NCBI GenBank assembly: GCA_965277715.1
Contig: OZ255836.1
Coordinates: forward strand, 2,624,001 to 2,688,000
DNA length: 64,000 nucleotides
From: Gammaproteobacteria bacterium
GTDB taxonomy: Bacteria; Pseudomonadota; Gammaproteobacteria; JBCCGL01
Direction: 5' to 3'
Positions 50,326 to 61,078 of this stretch are shown here, in pieces; position 1 is the first letter of the stretch; the number at the start of each line of letters is the position of its first letter. Below the pieces are notes generated by a model. The model was not told where the DNA came from. It ran no database searches and was given only the letters and a program-made list of their open reading frames with translations. The translations under genes and the position numbers were made by a program.

Positions 50326-51052
50326 ACAGCGATAGCACTAATAGCGTGCCAATAGCGGCACGCCGAAACAGTTTCTCGCTGGATTGGCGAAACCCCAATG
50401 CCCCCAGCCAGGTACCCAGCAGGTAGGCGACGGCGCCTGGCAGTGCGGTGGTTATATCACTCATCGCTGTCGTGCCACTCGCGCTGGATATCAACGCAAA
50501 CCCCAGCGCGGTAAAAAAGGCCCAGGATATAATCAGCGTGCGCCCGGCATTTTTATCATAAGGCCCCAAAAGAATCGGTATTACGGCAACCAGCGCGATG
50601 TATGTGCCACCAAATATCACCCCGGCACTGGCGCCGACGGCGAGCAGGCCGGTGGTGGTCATCGGCTTCTTATAGCGGTAACCCAGCAACATCAATACAC
50701 ACGCCAGCACAATAATTACCGCGATGGCGCGTTTCATCCAGTCCGCATCCAGTGTCAGTAGCAGCCAGTGCCCCAGTGGGATAAAGAGCAGCGAGGGAAT
50801 TGCCATGGTCAACGTGGCACGCCAGTTGATCTGCTTGAAGTGGGTGATAAAAAGGTAGGTGCTCGCCGCAAAATCAACCACCAAAACCTTTGAGATAATG
50901 CTGATGGGGGTGAAAAAAATCGTCAAAATAGCCAGCATAAAAGCCGGGCCACCAAAACCGGTAAAGCCGCGAATCAAGCCCGCAGCGAAAGCCACCAGTG
51001 CGATAATCAGCGCGCCGGGCGCACCTGATATGAGCGGGGATAAGTCGTTCAA
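50309..51052 (-). CDS. TSUP (TauE/SafE) family transporter
   Basis: AGLIRGFTGFG and ~8 TM segments. Confidence 0.82.
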   Translation of the reverse strand: MNDLSPLISGAPGALIIALVAFAAGLIRGFTGFGGPAFMLAILTIFFTPISIISKVLVVDFAASTYLFITHFKQINWRATLTMAIPSLLFIPLGHWLLLTLDADWMKRAIAVIIVLACVLMLLGYRYKKPMTTTGLLAVGASAGVIFGGTYIALVAVIPILLGPYDKNAGRTLIISWAFFTALGFALISSASGTTAMSDITTALPGAVAYLLGTWLGALGFRQSSEKLFRRAAIGTLLVLSLFNLVS

Positions 51053-51084
51053 ATTGTTCTTCTTATTAGTAGTGAGCGGTTACG

Positions 51085-51966
51085 CTATCGCCCCAGTTGC
51101 AACCGGCCCACTGCATCCTGGGCAAACTGCGCCGCCACACGGCCACTGCGGTTACCCCGCCTTAGCGCCCATTCGAGTGCGTGTTTGCGGGTTGTTTCAT
51201 CCAGAGAGACACCGCCGAGTTTATTCAGCCAGTGGCTGACAACCTGTAAATACAAATCCTGCGAAAACGGCTGGAATGACAACCATATGCCAAAGCGCTC
51301 GGACAGGGAGATTTTCTCTTCGACCGCCTCACCGTGGTGAATTTCACCGTGCACAACAACCGTATCGAGGTTTTCCTTTTTCATTTCGGGGAGTAGGTGG
51401 CGGCGGTTGGACGTGGCGTAAATCAGTACATTGTCCGGTGCCACGGCAAATGAACCGTCGAGTGCCGCTTTGAGGGCGCGGTAGCTGGAATCATCCGCCG
51501 AGAAGGACAGGTCATCGACAAATAAAATAAACCGCTCCGGGCGTTGCATCAGCGGCTCGACGATATGTGGCAGGTCAATCAGGTCGTGTGCATCGACCTC
51601 AACCACGCGCAAACCCTGGTCAAAATAACGGTTTAACAAGGCTTTGATCAGCGTCGACTTGCCCGTGCCGCGTGAGCCCCATAACAGGGCGTTATTGCAT
51701 GGCAGGCCACGCAGAAACTGCTGTGTATTGGCATCCAGTACGCTCTTTTGCCGGTCGATGCCGAGTAAATCGTCGGGCGAGATGGCGTGTACATTACGGA
51801 TCGCCTCCAGCGTGGCGCGCTCGCCCTGGCGGCGCCAGCGGTAGGCGTTGGCACCCCAGTCGATGGGTGTTTGGCTCGCGGGTGAAAACAACCCATCGAG
51901 CCGATCGACCAGTGCGTTAAGCCGTTGAAAAAGCTGATCGATTCGATTACTGCCCATATTTAACAT
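51085..51966 (-). CDS. DUF815 AAA+ ATPase
   Basis: NNALLWGSRGTGKS, FVDDLSF, YATSNRRHL, EEKISLSERFG. Confidence 0.9.
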   Translation of the reverse strand: MLNMGSNRIDQLFQRLNALVDRLDGLFSPASQTPIDWGANAYRWRRQGERATLEAIRNVHAISPDDLLGIDRQKSVLDANTQQFLRGLPCNNALLWGSRGTGKSTLIKALLNRYFDQGLRVVEVDAHDLIDLPHIVEPLMQRPERFILFVDDLSFSADDSSYRALKAALDGSFAVAPDNVLIYATSNRRHLLPEMKKENLDTVVVHGEIHHGEAVEEKISLSERFGIWLSFQPFSQDLYLQVVSHWLNKLGGVSLDETTRKHALEWALRRGNRSGRVAAQFAQDAVGRLQLGR

Positions 51967-52123
51967 GAATGATTTTCCACTGAATTACCAAAGGGTGGAT
52001 CATAACAACTGTTGGGCTGGGTTGCCTTGTGGGTATCTGTTACATGGGCACAGTTATTTAGTGGTAGTCCGTGTAGTTAACGATATAGACTGAGCGCATA
52101 TTGTTTTTTTAACGGGTGTATCG

Positions 52124-52624
52124 ATGCCAGCTATTTACTATTTTGCTTATGGCTCGAACCTTTTCGAGCCGCGTATGCTTGGCCGTGTTGCCTCTGCCTC
52201 GGTGGTGACGACAGCCAGCGTGCCAGGTTATTGCCTGCGTTTTAATAAAAACGGGCAGGACGGTTCCGCGAAAGCAAATATGTGTTATACGGGGAAAAGC
52301 AGTGATGCTATTTGGGGTGCTGTCTACGCTATGGATACCGCTGAAAAGCCGGTTTTGGATGATATTGAAGGGAGTGAATACAAAACCCATTTCCTGGATA
52401 TAAACACCCGGCGGGGCGATAGCTTACAGGTCTATGCTTATATTGCCGAACAGGATGTCAGTGGAAAAAACCTACAGCCTCATACATGGTATCGGGATTT
52501 GGTTTTTGAGGGGGCGAAATCACATAATTTCCCCGGTGTTTATTGTGTGAAGATAGCGGCAGTGGAGGCGATAGAGGATATGGATAAACAGCGGGATGCC
52601 ATTAATCGATATGGGGTATTGTAG
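52124..52624 (+). CDS. Gamma-glutamylcyclotransferase family protein
   Basis: YFAYGSNL, L.F.K, LD..EG..Y. Confidence 0.85.
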   Translation: MPAIYYFAYGSNLFEPRMLGRVASASVVTTASVPGYCLRFNKNGQDGSAKANMCYTGKSSDAIWGAVYAMDTAEKPVLDDIEGSEYKTHFLDINTRRGDSLQVYAYIAEQDVSGKNLQPHTWYRDLVFEGAKSHNFPGVYCVKIAAVEAIEDMDKQRDAINRYGVL

Positions 52625-52691
52625 GTGAGTCTATGTTGAGAAAAATTTCCAAAACGTTGTTTAAGTATGTTCCGCTATGTTTCACCTTGCT

Positions 52692-52752
52692 GGCAGGAAT
52701 TTTGGAACACTGATGGTCTGTGCTCGCAGTAGATTCAACTGAGGAATTTAGG
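52692..52752. mobile_element. Adjacent IS-end remnants (IS4-type end and IS1380-like end)
   Basis: caggaattttggaacactgatg matches IS4 end at 25623-25644; gtgctcgcagtagattcaactg.ggaatttagg matches 57908-57940. Confidence 0.7.
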
Positions 52753-52861
52753 TTAATGAAAGAAATACAAGAAGAGGCCACCAAAAACGGATTAACCCAG
52801 GAAATTCTGGGCGGCATTTTGAACGAGTACCATCAAGAAAATTTAATCTAAAAAACCCGCA

Positions 52862-53335
52862 TCACAATAACAAATCCGATTCAATACGATGATAAATATC
52901 CGCCGCGTCAATCAAGGCATTAGCGGTCAATTCAGGCACACCATAGGCCTCAGTACACACACCGTGATTGCGCCGCACACTTTCCAGTAACAAATCGAAA
53001 TCACCGTCACCCGATAACAATATCACCGTGTCAATTTCTTGTGCGATTTGCATAACGTCGATGGTAATGCCCACGTCCCAATCACCTTTGGCGGAGCCGT
53101 CACTGCGCTGGATATACGGTTTGAGTTTTACCGTAAACCCTATTTTGTTCAGCGTGCTCTGGAATTGTTGCTGCCTGCTGTCACCACGGTCAATAGCGTA
53201 GGCAATGGCGGTGACTATTTCCCCTTCTGCACTGACACGCTGCCAAAATTTCCGGTAATTAAACTGGCGACGGTATGCCTGGCGGGTGGTGTAGTAAATG
53301 TTTTGTACATCGGCAAAAATGGCAATTTTTTTCAC
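52862..53335 (-). CDS. NYN/LabA-DUF88 family protein
   Basis: IAIFADVQNIYY, KGDWDVGI.ID, LSGDGDF; probable GTG start at 53335. Confidence 0.88.
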   Translation of the reverse strand: MKKIAIFADVQNIYYTTRQAYRRQFNYRKFWQRVSAEGEIVTAIAYAIDRGDSRQQQFQSTLNKIGFTVKLKPYIQRSDGSAKGDWDVGITIDVMQIAQEIDTVILLSGDGDFDLLLESVRRNHGVCTEAYGVPELTANALIDAADIYHRIESDLLL

Positions 53336-53372
53336 AGTACTGGCTACAAGAATAAGTGCGTTGTCAGGGTTA

Positions 53373-54770
53373 TTAGGGTCTGTTTGCACCACGACTCTGA
53401 TGCCTGCGCCGCGATTGATTACCCGTGCCATCTGAGTTGCCCGTAGCCTGACTACGGGCACGCGTTGTTTGTTTGTGGTTGTTATTGGTTTTTTGGTTTC
53501 CACTCTGGCCTTGGCCTTGCCGATGGGTTTGCTGAGTTTGTGTACTAGCCTGGCCTTGTCTATTTCCTGCTTTTGGTTTTTTTGGCGGTCTATCACGCGG
53601 GGGGCGGCGCTGGTCCGGGCGTGATGCAGGCACGTCGTGAACGGGCTCAAACCCATCGATAATCTCACGTGGCAGTTGTTGGTTGGTGAGGCGTTCTATA
53701 TCGGTCAGTTGTCTGGATTCATCGGCGCTGACCAGCGAGATCGCCTGGCCTGTGGCCCCGGCGCGCCCGGTGCGGCCAATGCGGTGAACGTAGTCTTCGG
53801 TGACACTGGGCAGGTCAAAATTGACCACCTGCGGCAATTGATCAATGTCCAGCCCCCGTGCGGCTATATCGGTGGCGACTAAAATACGCGTGGCGCCGGA
53901 TTTAAAATCGGCCAGGGCTTTGGTGCGCGCACTTTGGCTTTTATTGCCATGAATCGCTGAGGCATTAATGCCTTCTGCTTCCAGGTAGCGCACCAGACGA
54001 TTGGCACCGTGCTTGGTTCTGGAAAAAACCAAGACCTGTCGCCATTTTTTATCGTTGATCAGTTGCGCGAGCAGTGCCGGTTTTTGCTTTTTATCCACCG
54101 GGTGAACCCACTGTTCCACGGTATTGGCGGCTGCGTTGCGCGGTGTCACGGAAATTTCGACGGGGTTGTTCACCAGACCTTTGGCCAGTTTGCGCACCTC
54201 ACCGGAAAATGTGGCTGAAAACATCAGCGTCTGGCGTTGTTTGGGTAAAATGGCCAGGATTTTCCGAATATCGTGGATAAAGCCCATGTCTAACATGCGG
54301 TCGGCTTCATCCAATACCAGCACTTCCAGTTGTTTGAATTTCACGGCATTTTGATTATATAGATCTAACAAACGCCCCGGTGTCGCCACCAATATATCGA
54401 CACCTTTGCGTAGCTGCATCATCTGTGGGTTTATCTTCACCCCACCAAACACAATTGTGGAGCGCAATGGCAAATGTTTGCCATAAGTCGCGACACTCTC
54501 ACCCACCTGGGCGGCCAGTTCACGCGTGGGGGTGAGTATCAATGCACGCGCCTGATTGGCCTGTGGGCGATCACCGGCGGATAAACGCTGCAGAATCGGC
54601 AGGGTAAACCCGGCGGTTTTGCCTGTGCCCGTTTGAGCGGCGGCCATAATGTCCTGGCCACCGATCACCAGGGGAATCGATTGGGCCTGAATGGGGGATG
54701 GAGTTGCATAACCCTGCTCGGCAATCGCCTGCAGGATGGGGGCGGATAAACCCAGAGAAGTAAAACGCAT
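53373..54770 (-). CDS. rhlE: DEAD-box RNA helicase RhlE
   Basis: [32 protein letters not shown]. Confidence 0.9.
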   Translation of the reverse strand: MRFTSLGLSAPILQAIAEQGYATPSPIQAQSIPLVIGGQDIMAAAQTGTGKTAGFTLPILQRLSAGDRPQANQARALILTPTRELAAQVGESVATYGKHLPLRSTIVFGGVKINPQMMQLRKGVDILVATPGRLLDLYNQNAVKFKQLEVLVLDEADRMLDMGFIHDIRKILAILPKQRQTLMFSATFSGEVRKLAKGLVNNPVEISVTPRNAAANTVEQWVHPVDKKQKPALLAQLINDKKWRQVLVFSRTKHGANRLVRYLEAEGINASAIHGNKSQSARTKALADFKSGATRILVATDIAARGLDIDQLPQVVNFDLPSVTEDYVHRIGRTGRAGATGQAISLVSADESRQLTDIERLTNQQLPREIIDGFEPVHDVPASRPDQRRPPRDRPPKKPKAGNRQGQASTQTQQTHRQGQGQSGNQKTNNNHKQTTRARSQATGNSDGTGNQSRRRHQSRGANRP

Positions 54771-54993
54771 AGAGTGGTGTCGAGGTTGTGTAACGTAAAG
54801 TGTTTGAGGTTAACCGGAGTTAATCAGACACGGGGGAGGCGATTAATCGTTTATCATGGGTAGAGCATGTTATATGCCGATCAGCGGCGGGCGCAGCTTA
54901 CAGTAACTTATAGTCTGGTGATATTATTTTATTGGTTAATTCTGATGGTTCGATTACGCCCTGAGCACACGAGGCCCGGTACATTACATTTAA

Positions 54994-55030
54994 CCTGAAT
55001 TCCGCAGTTGAGCCTACTGCGGAATTCAGG
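54994..55030. mobile_element. 37-bp palindromic mini-MITE
   Basis: cctgaattccgcagt...actgcggaattcagg flanked by 5-bp direct repeat tttaa. Confidence 0.8.
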
Positions 55031-55047
55031 TTTAAGATGAGAATACA

Positions 55048-55500
55048 ATGAAGATATGGGTAGACGCCGATGCATGCCCGGTGGTGATTAAAGGTATTTT
55101 GTTCAAAGCCGCACAGCGCACCGGCATACAGCTAACCCTGGTCGCCAATCAGGCGCTGCGTATCCCGCCTGCCCACAATATCAAAATGCTGCAAGTCACC
55201 GCTGGCTTTGATGTCGCTGATAACGAAATCGTGAAACGGGTGGATGCGGGTGATCTGGTGATTACCGGTGATATTCCTCTGGCCGCAGAAGTCATCGAAA
55301 AAGGCGGTTATGCGCTCAATCCCCGTGGCGAACTTTACGCTGAAGAAACGATTAAAGCCCGCCTGAATATGCGGGATTTTATGGAGACTTTGCGGGCCAG
55401 TGGTATCGATACTGGTGGGCAGCCGACATTTAGTCAGGGTGACCGGCAGGCGTTTGCGAATAACCTGGATAGATTGCTTACCCGATTTGCGGGTAAATAA
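55048..55500 (+). CDS. yaiI: YaiI/YqxD family protein
   Basis: [31 protein letters not shown]. Confidence 0.9.
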   Translation: MKIWVDADACPVVIKGILFKAAQRTGIQLTLVANQALRIPPAHNIKMLQVTAGFDVADNEIVKRVDAGDLVITGDIPLAAEVIEKGGYALNPRGELYAEETIKARLNMRDFMETLRASGIDTGGQPTFSQGDRQAFANNLDRLLTRFAGK

Positions 55501-55584
55501 TTAAAGGGTAAATGGTGAAGGGTGATGCTACCGCCGAGGCCCCATGTATTTACCTGAATTCAAGTTAATCCATGGGGGGTAGGC

Positions 55585-57216
55585 TTATCCTTTGGCGACA
55601 AACTGGAGGGATTGGTGAACAGTACGCCTCACTTGTTTGAGCTTTAACGGTGAATTGATGAAGCGGTTTAAGGCGGCGACCAGGAGCGTGGCCTGGTGTG
55701 CAGGCAGTTCACGTATTTCCTCACGTGCGGCGATGACTATTTTTAGCCAATGCACCGAGACGATATATTCATCCTGGCCGTGATCAAGTACACGTGCCAG
55801 CAATGCCTGAATCGCCGCTTCATTATCACCGCAACCCCAGCGGTCGAGGTCGTATTCGGCGGTTGTGAAAGCGGCATTGCGCCCACTGAAACAGGCCATC
55901 TGTAATAAGCCCTGGGGCCATAGGGCCGGGAAGCGGCTGCATTGTTTGCGCACGGCATTGGCAAAGGTTATTCCATGAGTAAAGCTGAGCCACCCCACGT
56001 TGTTCGATACGGTGACATGCACTTTATCCTGGTGGGCTATATCAAAGCTCAATAGATTGACCGCATTGGCTTCCAGTAAAGCGCGGTAAATAGCCTCTGG
56101 TGGGGCGCCGCTGTTGTCGACAGTGGCATCGAGTGCTTTGTTGATGCCGCGTTGATGCCACAAGCGGGCATCCAGGGTTGTATTACCGCCTTCGCCCACC
56201 CTGTTTTCCGGTGCCCCTTTGCCCCAGTCGGCCAGAGCTGATGCGTAAGCGCGAAACTCCGGGATCTTGTCTTCACGGGCGGCAAAGATAAATTCCCGCA
56301 CCAATGACAACAGCAACGGTTCAGCAGTGTCTGAGCCGAGACGGCGAATCAAGTCCCCCGCTTTAGTAACATAAATTAATGCGTGGCCAAAATCGTTGTA
56401 ATGGGCCAATGCAGCCTGGGTCAGCGCGTGCTCAAAATCATCAAACTGCAACCCATCCCGTAACCCACCCCGAATCAAGGCGACAGCGGTCGGTTCATCC
56501 TCCTGTTCTATCGCCTGTAAAAATGCGGCCTGATTAAAGGCGAGGGCTTTATCGGTAAACGGATATTCAGGCTCACGCAATACATCAAACGCCGTGTGTG
56601 CCACACTCTCCAGCAGGCACACGAGCTGTGCCTCGTCATCACCGCTGTATTCATCATACAGCGCCAGCCAGTCTGCCATACCGGCATAGGCATGTGTCCA
56701 GCCAAACTCTATCCGCTGCCAGGACCACTGTATGCTTAAACGCACGGCATCCAGCGGATCACCGCCCAGTTGCACCAGCCGGGCAATTTCGCGGGCGATA
56801 CGGTCATAGGCGTGGTCATCAAACGCATCGCGCAGACTATCCGTAATCGCCGCATAGCGCACTTGATACGGTGGATCGGTAATATCGACCCACACCTCAT
56901 CGCCGCGCAGCTCAACGGGATAAACCCGCAGCCGGTCTCCGCCGTACAGGTTTTCACCGGTTTTCAAATTGAATTTCCAGTTGTGCCAATTGCACGTCAA
57001 TGTGCAATCGGGTGACACACTGCCTTCAGATAACGGATACCCCTCGTGTGGGCAGCGGTTATCACACGCCTGAACACCGTTGGGGGTATTAAACAACGCA
57101 ATCTGTTTACCCGCGACACGCGCCAGCAATGCGTTGGATTTTTGTAGCTCAGACAACGGCTTGGCAAAGTGCCAGGCGTTGTTATCGTCATTTTTCTCAT
57201 TGGTAGACGTATTCAT
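55585..57216 (-). CDS. Rieske [2Fe-2S] domain protein with large helical C-terminal region
   Basis: NRCPHEGYPL...CNWHNWKF Rieske ligands; four His-centred repeats in C-terminal region. Confidence 0.82.
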   Translation of the reverse strand: MNTSTNEKNDDNNAWHFAKPLSELQKSNALLARVAGKQIALFNTPNGVQACDNRCPHEGYPLSEGSVSPDCTLTCNWHNWKFNLKTGENLYGGDRLRVYPVELRGDEVWVDITDPPYQVRYAAITDSLRDAFDDHAYDRIAREIARLVQLGGDPLDAVRLSIQWSWQRIEFGWTHAYAGMADWLALYDEYSGDDEAQLVCLLESVAHTAFDVLREPEYPFTDKALAFNQAAFLQAIEQEDEPTAVALIRGGLRDGLQFDDFEHALTQAALAHYNDFGHALIYVTKAGDLIRRLGSDTAEPLLLSLVREFIFAAREDKIPEFRAYASALADWGKGAPENRVGEGGNTTLDARLWHQRGINKALDATVDNSGAPPEAIYRALLEANAVNLLSFDIAHQDKVHVTVSNNVGWLSFTHGITFANAVRKQCSRFPALWPQGLLQMACFSGRNAAFTTAEYDLDRWGCGDNEAAIQALLARVLDHGQDEYIVSVHWLKIVIAAREEIRELPAHQATLLVAALNRFINSPLKLKQVRRTVHQSLQFVAKG

Positions 57217-57254
57217 AAGCGGCCCTTTTGGTTGTATTGTGTTGATTCGCGGCC

Positions 57255-57285
57255 AGTATAAAAGTTAAAGTTAACTTTAAGTCAA
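57255..57285 (-). promoter_or_regulatory. SoxR-type promoter with sox box
   Basis: Minus strand TTGACT-19 bp-TATACT with palindrome TTAAAGTTAACTTTAA in the spacer. Confidence 0.88.
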
Positions 57286-57305
57286 TACAAATAAGCGAAA
57301 TAAAT

Positions 57306-57773
57306 ATGAAAAAACCGGATGATTTTTTAACCATAGGCGAAACCGCTCAGCGAAGCGGTGTGGCTACCTCAACCCTGCGCTTCTACGAAACGCGGGGGCT
57401 GATTAAATCGGAGCGTGGTGCAGGAAACCAGCGGCGTTTTCATCGTTCGATGTTGCGCAGAATTTCTGTTATCCGCGTCGCGCAGACACTGGGGCTAAGC
57501 TTGCAGGATATTAGCGATGCGCTGACAACACTCCCGGATAAACGCACACCTACCCAAAAAGACTGGCAAAAACTCTCATCGACATGGCGCAAGCAGCTCG
57601 ATGAACGCATTGCCAATTTACAAAGACTGCGTGAAAAACTCACAGGGTGCATCGGCTGTGGCTGTTTATCACTAAAGCGGTGCGCGTTATATAACGCGGG
57701 TGACCACGCCGCCGCATCAGGGGCGGGGCCAAGGTATTTACTGGATGATGTATCGGATGAACACTATCCCTGA
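57306..57773 (+). CDS. soxR: Redox-sensitive transcriptional activator SoxR
   Basis: MerR HTH, GNQRRF, CIGCGCLSLKRC cluster motif. Confidence 0.96.
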   Translation: MKKPDDFLTIGETAQRSGVATSTLRFYETRGLIKSERGAGNQRRFHRSMLRRISVIRVAQTLGLSLQDISDALTTLPDKRTPTQKDWQKLSSTWRKQLDERIANLQRLREKLTGCIGCGCLSLKRCALYNAGDHAAASGAGPRYLLDDVSDEHYP

Positions 57774-57779
57774 CTGTTC

Positions 57780-57940
57780 TGATTGATCGTCCCCACAAGC
57801 GGAATACCATTAGCGCCTGACAGAATATAGACGGTTGTATGGTTTTCGGCATAAATGCCTTTCTTAACTGAGATGCTGGTAAAAGCGCTTTAGATTCAGT
57901 GCATTAGGTGCTCGCAGTAGATTCAACTGCGGAATTTAGG
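57780..57940 (-). mobile_element. Truncated end of IS1380-like element, possible parent of the mini-MITEs
   Basis: Minus strand begins cctaaattccgcagttgaatctactgcgagcac, followed by RBS and ATG (MPKTIQPSIF...). Confidence 0.5.
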
Positions 57941-58154
57941 TTCAAAGGGACATATATGGTCTACTCGTGCCTATCCCATTCTTGATCGAAATCGCATGGT
58001 CTGCAACAAAACCCGGTAGGCCGTTTCAGAAAACTCTGCTGCAAGGGACAAAAACCATTCGGCTCAAACTGCTCTTCATTTCCCATTGCAGGTTTAGGGC
58101 CTACATAACACCCGAGCTATTTTGTATCTTTTTTCAAGAAAAAACCCTTATTTA

Positions 58155-58170
58155 AGATACAATAGTATCT
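58155..58170. promoter_or_regulatory. Probable HipB operator
   Basis: Palindrome agatac-aata-gtatct upstream of hipB-like gene. Confidence 0.45.
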
Positions 58171-58175
58171 ATTAT

Positions 58176-58247
58176 CCTAAATTCCGCAGTTGAATTGTAG
58201 CGAGGGCGTCTAAGGTGCTCGCAGTAGATTCGACTGCGGAATTTAGG
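58176..58247. mobile_element. 72-bp MITE in hipBA upstream region
   Basis: TIR cctaaattccgcagt/actgcggaatttagg; 5-bp target duplication attat. Confidence 0.85.
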
Positions 58248-58274
58248 ATTATAACAACCCCTCTGGATGCCACT

Positions 58275-58553
58275 GTGTCATTGCTATCACTGCTTAGCCC
58301 CACCGATGTGCAACAACAACTCGCACTCTTTATACGACAAAAGCGCAAGCAATTAAAACTGTCCCGGCAACGCCTGGCCGAGCGCAGCACAGTACCAGCG
58401 CCCACAATCAAAAAATTCGAGACAACCGGACAGATATCCCTGCGCCAGTTTATTCTGCTGTGGCAATGTGTGGATAAGCTGGAACGGCTCAGCGATCTCA
58501 GCAAATCACCGCCGCATAGACCACGCAGTATCGATGAGGTACTCAGGCAATGA
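58275..58553 (+). CDS. HipB-like XRE HTH antitoxin
   Basis: LSRQRLAERSTVPAPTIKKFETTGQISL; overlaps hipA start. Confidence 0.82.
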   Translation: MSLLSLLSPTDVQQQLALFIRQKRKQLKLSRQRLAERSTVPAPTIKKFETTGQISLRQFILLWQCVDKLERLSDLSKSPPHRPRSIDEVLRQ

Positions 58554-59836
58554 GCCACTTCACCCCAGTAGAAAAACTCACCGTATTGCGCCACCTTGCC
58601 AGCGGAGAAAGTGTGTTGGTTGGCGCGCTGGCGCAAAACGCAAAAACGGTGTTCTTTCAATACGATGCCAATTATTTACAACAGTACTATAGCTTATCGC
58701 CCTTTCAGCTCCCTTTTGATCAGCAGCTACACGCAGCGCCCAGCACACCCCACGGGGGGTTACACGGAGCCTTTGCCGATTCGCTACCCGATGGTTGGGG
58801 CCTGTTGCTTATGAACAGGGTGTTTCGCCAACACGGCATTCCGCCACAACAACTGACCGCGATGGACCGGTTGGCCTATACCGGCAATCGGGCGATAGGC
58901 GCGCTGGAATACTCCCCCGCATCCGAGTACGCACCTAACGCGAAGGCCAATCAGATTAATGTTGCCAAAATAGGGGAGGCAGCCCAGGCTTTGTTTGAAG
59001 AGCGGGCCGACGAGTTACTGGCTCAGTTAGCTACTGCGGGTAGCTCAGGCGGTGCAAGACCCAAAGCGCAAATTTACCTGCACCCACAACAACCGCATCG
59101 CGCCAGTATAAATGCCCAGCCAGGCTTTGAACCCTGGCTGGTGAAATTCACCTCAGGCACCCTACCCCTGGCACACGAAGAGGGTTTGTGCGAAGCGGCT
59201 TATCTGACAATGGCGGCCAAGGCGGGTATTGAAGTACCTCAGTGGCAACTGTTATCAACCCCACAATCATCACAGGCTACTGCCTGGTTGGCATTGCGCC
59301 GCTTTGATTGCTCCCCTCAAGGGGGGCGCTACCACCTGCACAGCCTGTGTGGATTACTGGATGCCGATTTTCGTACCCCATCAATGGATTATCAGGATGT
59401 GATTAAAGCCAGCCAGGTGCTTTGCAACAGTCCACAAGTTGGCCAAAGTCAATTTGCCCGTGCTGTATTTAACCTATTTGCACTCAATCAGGATGACCAC
59501 AGCAAAAACTGGGCGTTTCTCCAGGAGGATAATGGCCAGTGGCGACCCAGCCCATTTTATGATGTTACGTTTAGCCCCAACCCATACAACGAACACGCAA
59601 CAGCTTTTCAGGGCTATGGAAAGAATCCACCCCTGAAAGCGATGCAGCAACTCGCCCGGCAGGCAAATTTTAGCCACTGGAAAAAAGCCCAAACATCCAT
59701 TGAAAAGGTACTTGAAGGGGTGAATCAATGGCATGAGGTAGCCCGCACGCTGGGGGTTAGCCAGAGCACGCGCAAATTGATTGCCACACAGTTAAATACT
59801 GTCTGGCAGGCCAACAAAGGGTTGTTGGGAAGATGA
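58550..59836 (+). CDS. hipA: HipA family serine/threonine kinase toxin
   Basis: DSLPDGWG, GSSGGARPK, RFD, NQDDHSKN, SPFYDV. Confidence 0.92.
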   Translation: MSHFTPVEKLTVLRHLASGESVLVGALAQNAKTVFFQYDANYLQQYYSLSPFQLPFDQQLHAAPSTPHGGLHGAFADSLPDGWGLLLMNRVFRQHGIPPQQLTAMDRLAYTGNRAIGALEYSPASEYAPNAKANQINVAKIGEAAQALFEERADELLAQLATAGSSGGARPKAQIYLHPQQPHRASINAQPGFEPWLVKFTSGTLPLAHEEGLCEAAYLTMAAKAGIEVPQWQLLSTPQSSQATAWLALRRFDCSPQGGRYHLHSLCGLLDADFRTPSMDYQDVIKASQVLCNSPQVGQSQFARAVFNLFALNQDDHSKNWAFLQEDNGQWRPSPFYDVTFSPNPYNEHATAFQGYGKNPPLKAMQQLARQANFSHWKKAQTSIEKVLEGVNQWHEVARTLGVSQSTRKLIATQLNTVWQANKGLLGR

Positions 59837-59854
59837 GTCGCGCACCACTACCCA

Positions 59855-60805
59855 TCACCCCCGCCGTGCACGCCTGCGCAATACCTGCAAATAATCCTGT
59901 TTTGGCGCACGCACCAAATAACCGGGCACCACACTATCGATCGCCGTCGGTTGCGGTGTGCAATTGTCCCCACAAACACTATCCGTCTGGAGTGACAGAT
60001 AATTATCATAACTAAACGGCTTGCCTGGCATATGCCCCATAACAACCGCCTGTAGACGGGCAGCGGCATCAGGCAGACCAATAATCGACCGTTTCAAACC
60101 CAATGTCGCGGCGGTGTATTCCACCAACTGACGCAGGGTATAGATTTCAGGGCCACACAGGTCATAGCGGCGATTACCGGCCTGTGTATCAGCCAAATCT
60201 GCACAGAAGGCATTGACGACATCACCCACATAAACCGGCGCAAAGCGCGACTGCGGGCACGCCAGTGGAAACACCGGCATGATTTTCAGTAACCCGGCAA
60301 ATCGATTAAAAAAACTGTCACCCGGCCCAAAAACCACTGACGGGCGAAAACTGCTCACTTGTACACTATTGGCCGTATAGGTGAAGAGGTAATCCTCTGC
60401 CTCACCTTTGCTGCGCAGGTACTCGCTGCCACCGTTAACCGTATTGGCATGGAGGGCCGACATATGCAGGAGCCGACCAACCCGGCTCGCCTTGCACGCA
60501 TCGACGACCTTACGGGTTAACGCCACATGCGCCGTGCGAAAGGTCTGCTGGTGCTCACCTACCTCATTGAGGATACCAACCAGATTGATAACGGCATCAA
60601 CCCCCTGAAACTGTTCAAGTAAAGCTGCCGGATCGTGAATATCCGCCTCAAGCAGTTCAACTGTCGGCAGTACCAACAAGTGCCGATGCCGCTCGCGCCG
60701 ACGTGTGAGGACTTTAATGTGCGTGTATTGGCTGGCCAGTTGCGCCACCAGATGAGAGCCGATAAACCCACCGCCGCCCAGTACGCAGATAGAATTAATA
60801 CCCAT
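59855..60805 (-). CDS. NAD-dependent epimerase, complex I NDUFA9-like
   Basis: [36 protein letters not shown]. Confidence 0.88.
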   Translation of the reverse strand: MGINSICVLGGGGFIGSHLVAQLASQYTHIKVLTRRRERHRHLLVLPTVELLEADIHDPAALLEQFQGVDAVINLVGILNEVGEHQQTFRTAHVALTRKVVDACKASRVGRLLHMSALHANTVNGGSEYLRSKGEAEDYLFTYTANSVQVSSFRPSVVFGPGDSFFNRFAGLLKIMPVFPLACPQSRFAPVYVGDVVNAFCADLADTQAGNRRYDLCGPEIYTLRQLVEYTAATLGLKRSIIGLPDAAARLQAVVMGHMPGKPFSYDNYLSLQTDSVCGDNCTPQPTAIDSVVPGYLVRAPKQDYLQVLRRRARRG

Positions 60806-61078
60806 AGCTTAATAGTTCCCCGGTTAATAAGTGTACGCTCAATACCCACGCTCAATAGCAGGCACACAGCACCGTGCCACAACGGTAGCCTGACAGCGTA
60901 TCGGCCACGCATCTCAATTCATTATAGCGATACAAACACCCCGGTATACGGTGTTCAAACCGCGACTATTAACCATGCTTATAGGTGCAGTAATCATCTC
61001 TATTTGGCAGTGACTAAGCGAGGGGATATAGTCGCGCAACGATCTATTCCCCGCAACCGTGACGCTTTGGAGAAACCT

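Noticed and set aside
53336-53668. N-terminal extension of NYN protein overlapping rhlE
   Set aside because: Alternative frame of the rhlE low-complexity tail; the domain begins at VKKIAIF.
32577-57268. Numerous 60-240 aa ORFs overlapping core genes
   Set aside because: Antisense or alternative-frame shadows of well-supported genes, with no recognisable motifs.
57941-58115. Possible cassette remnant (ACATAAC at ~58102)
   Set aside because: Single core motif, no palindromic attC body and no convincing ORF.
60635-61078. 148-aa N-terminal extension of Sat
   Set aside because: Overlaps the divergent gene and intergenic DNA; a good RBS plus TTG exists at 61079.
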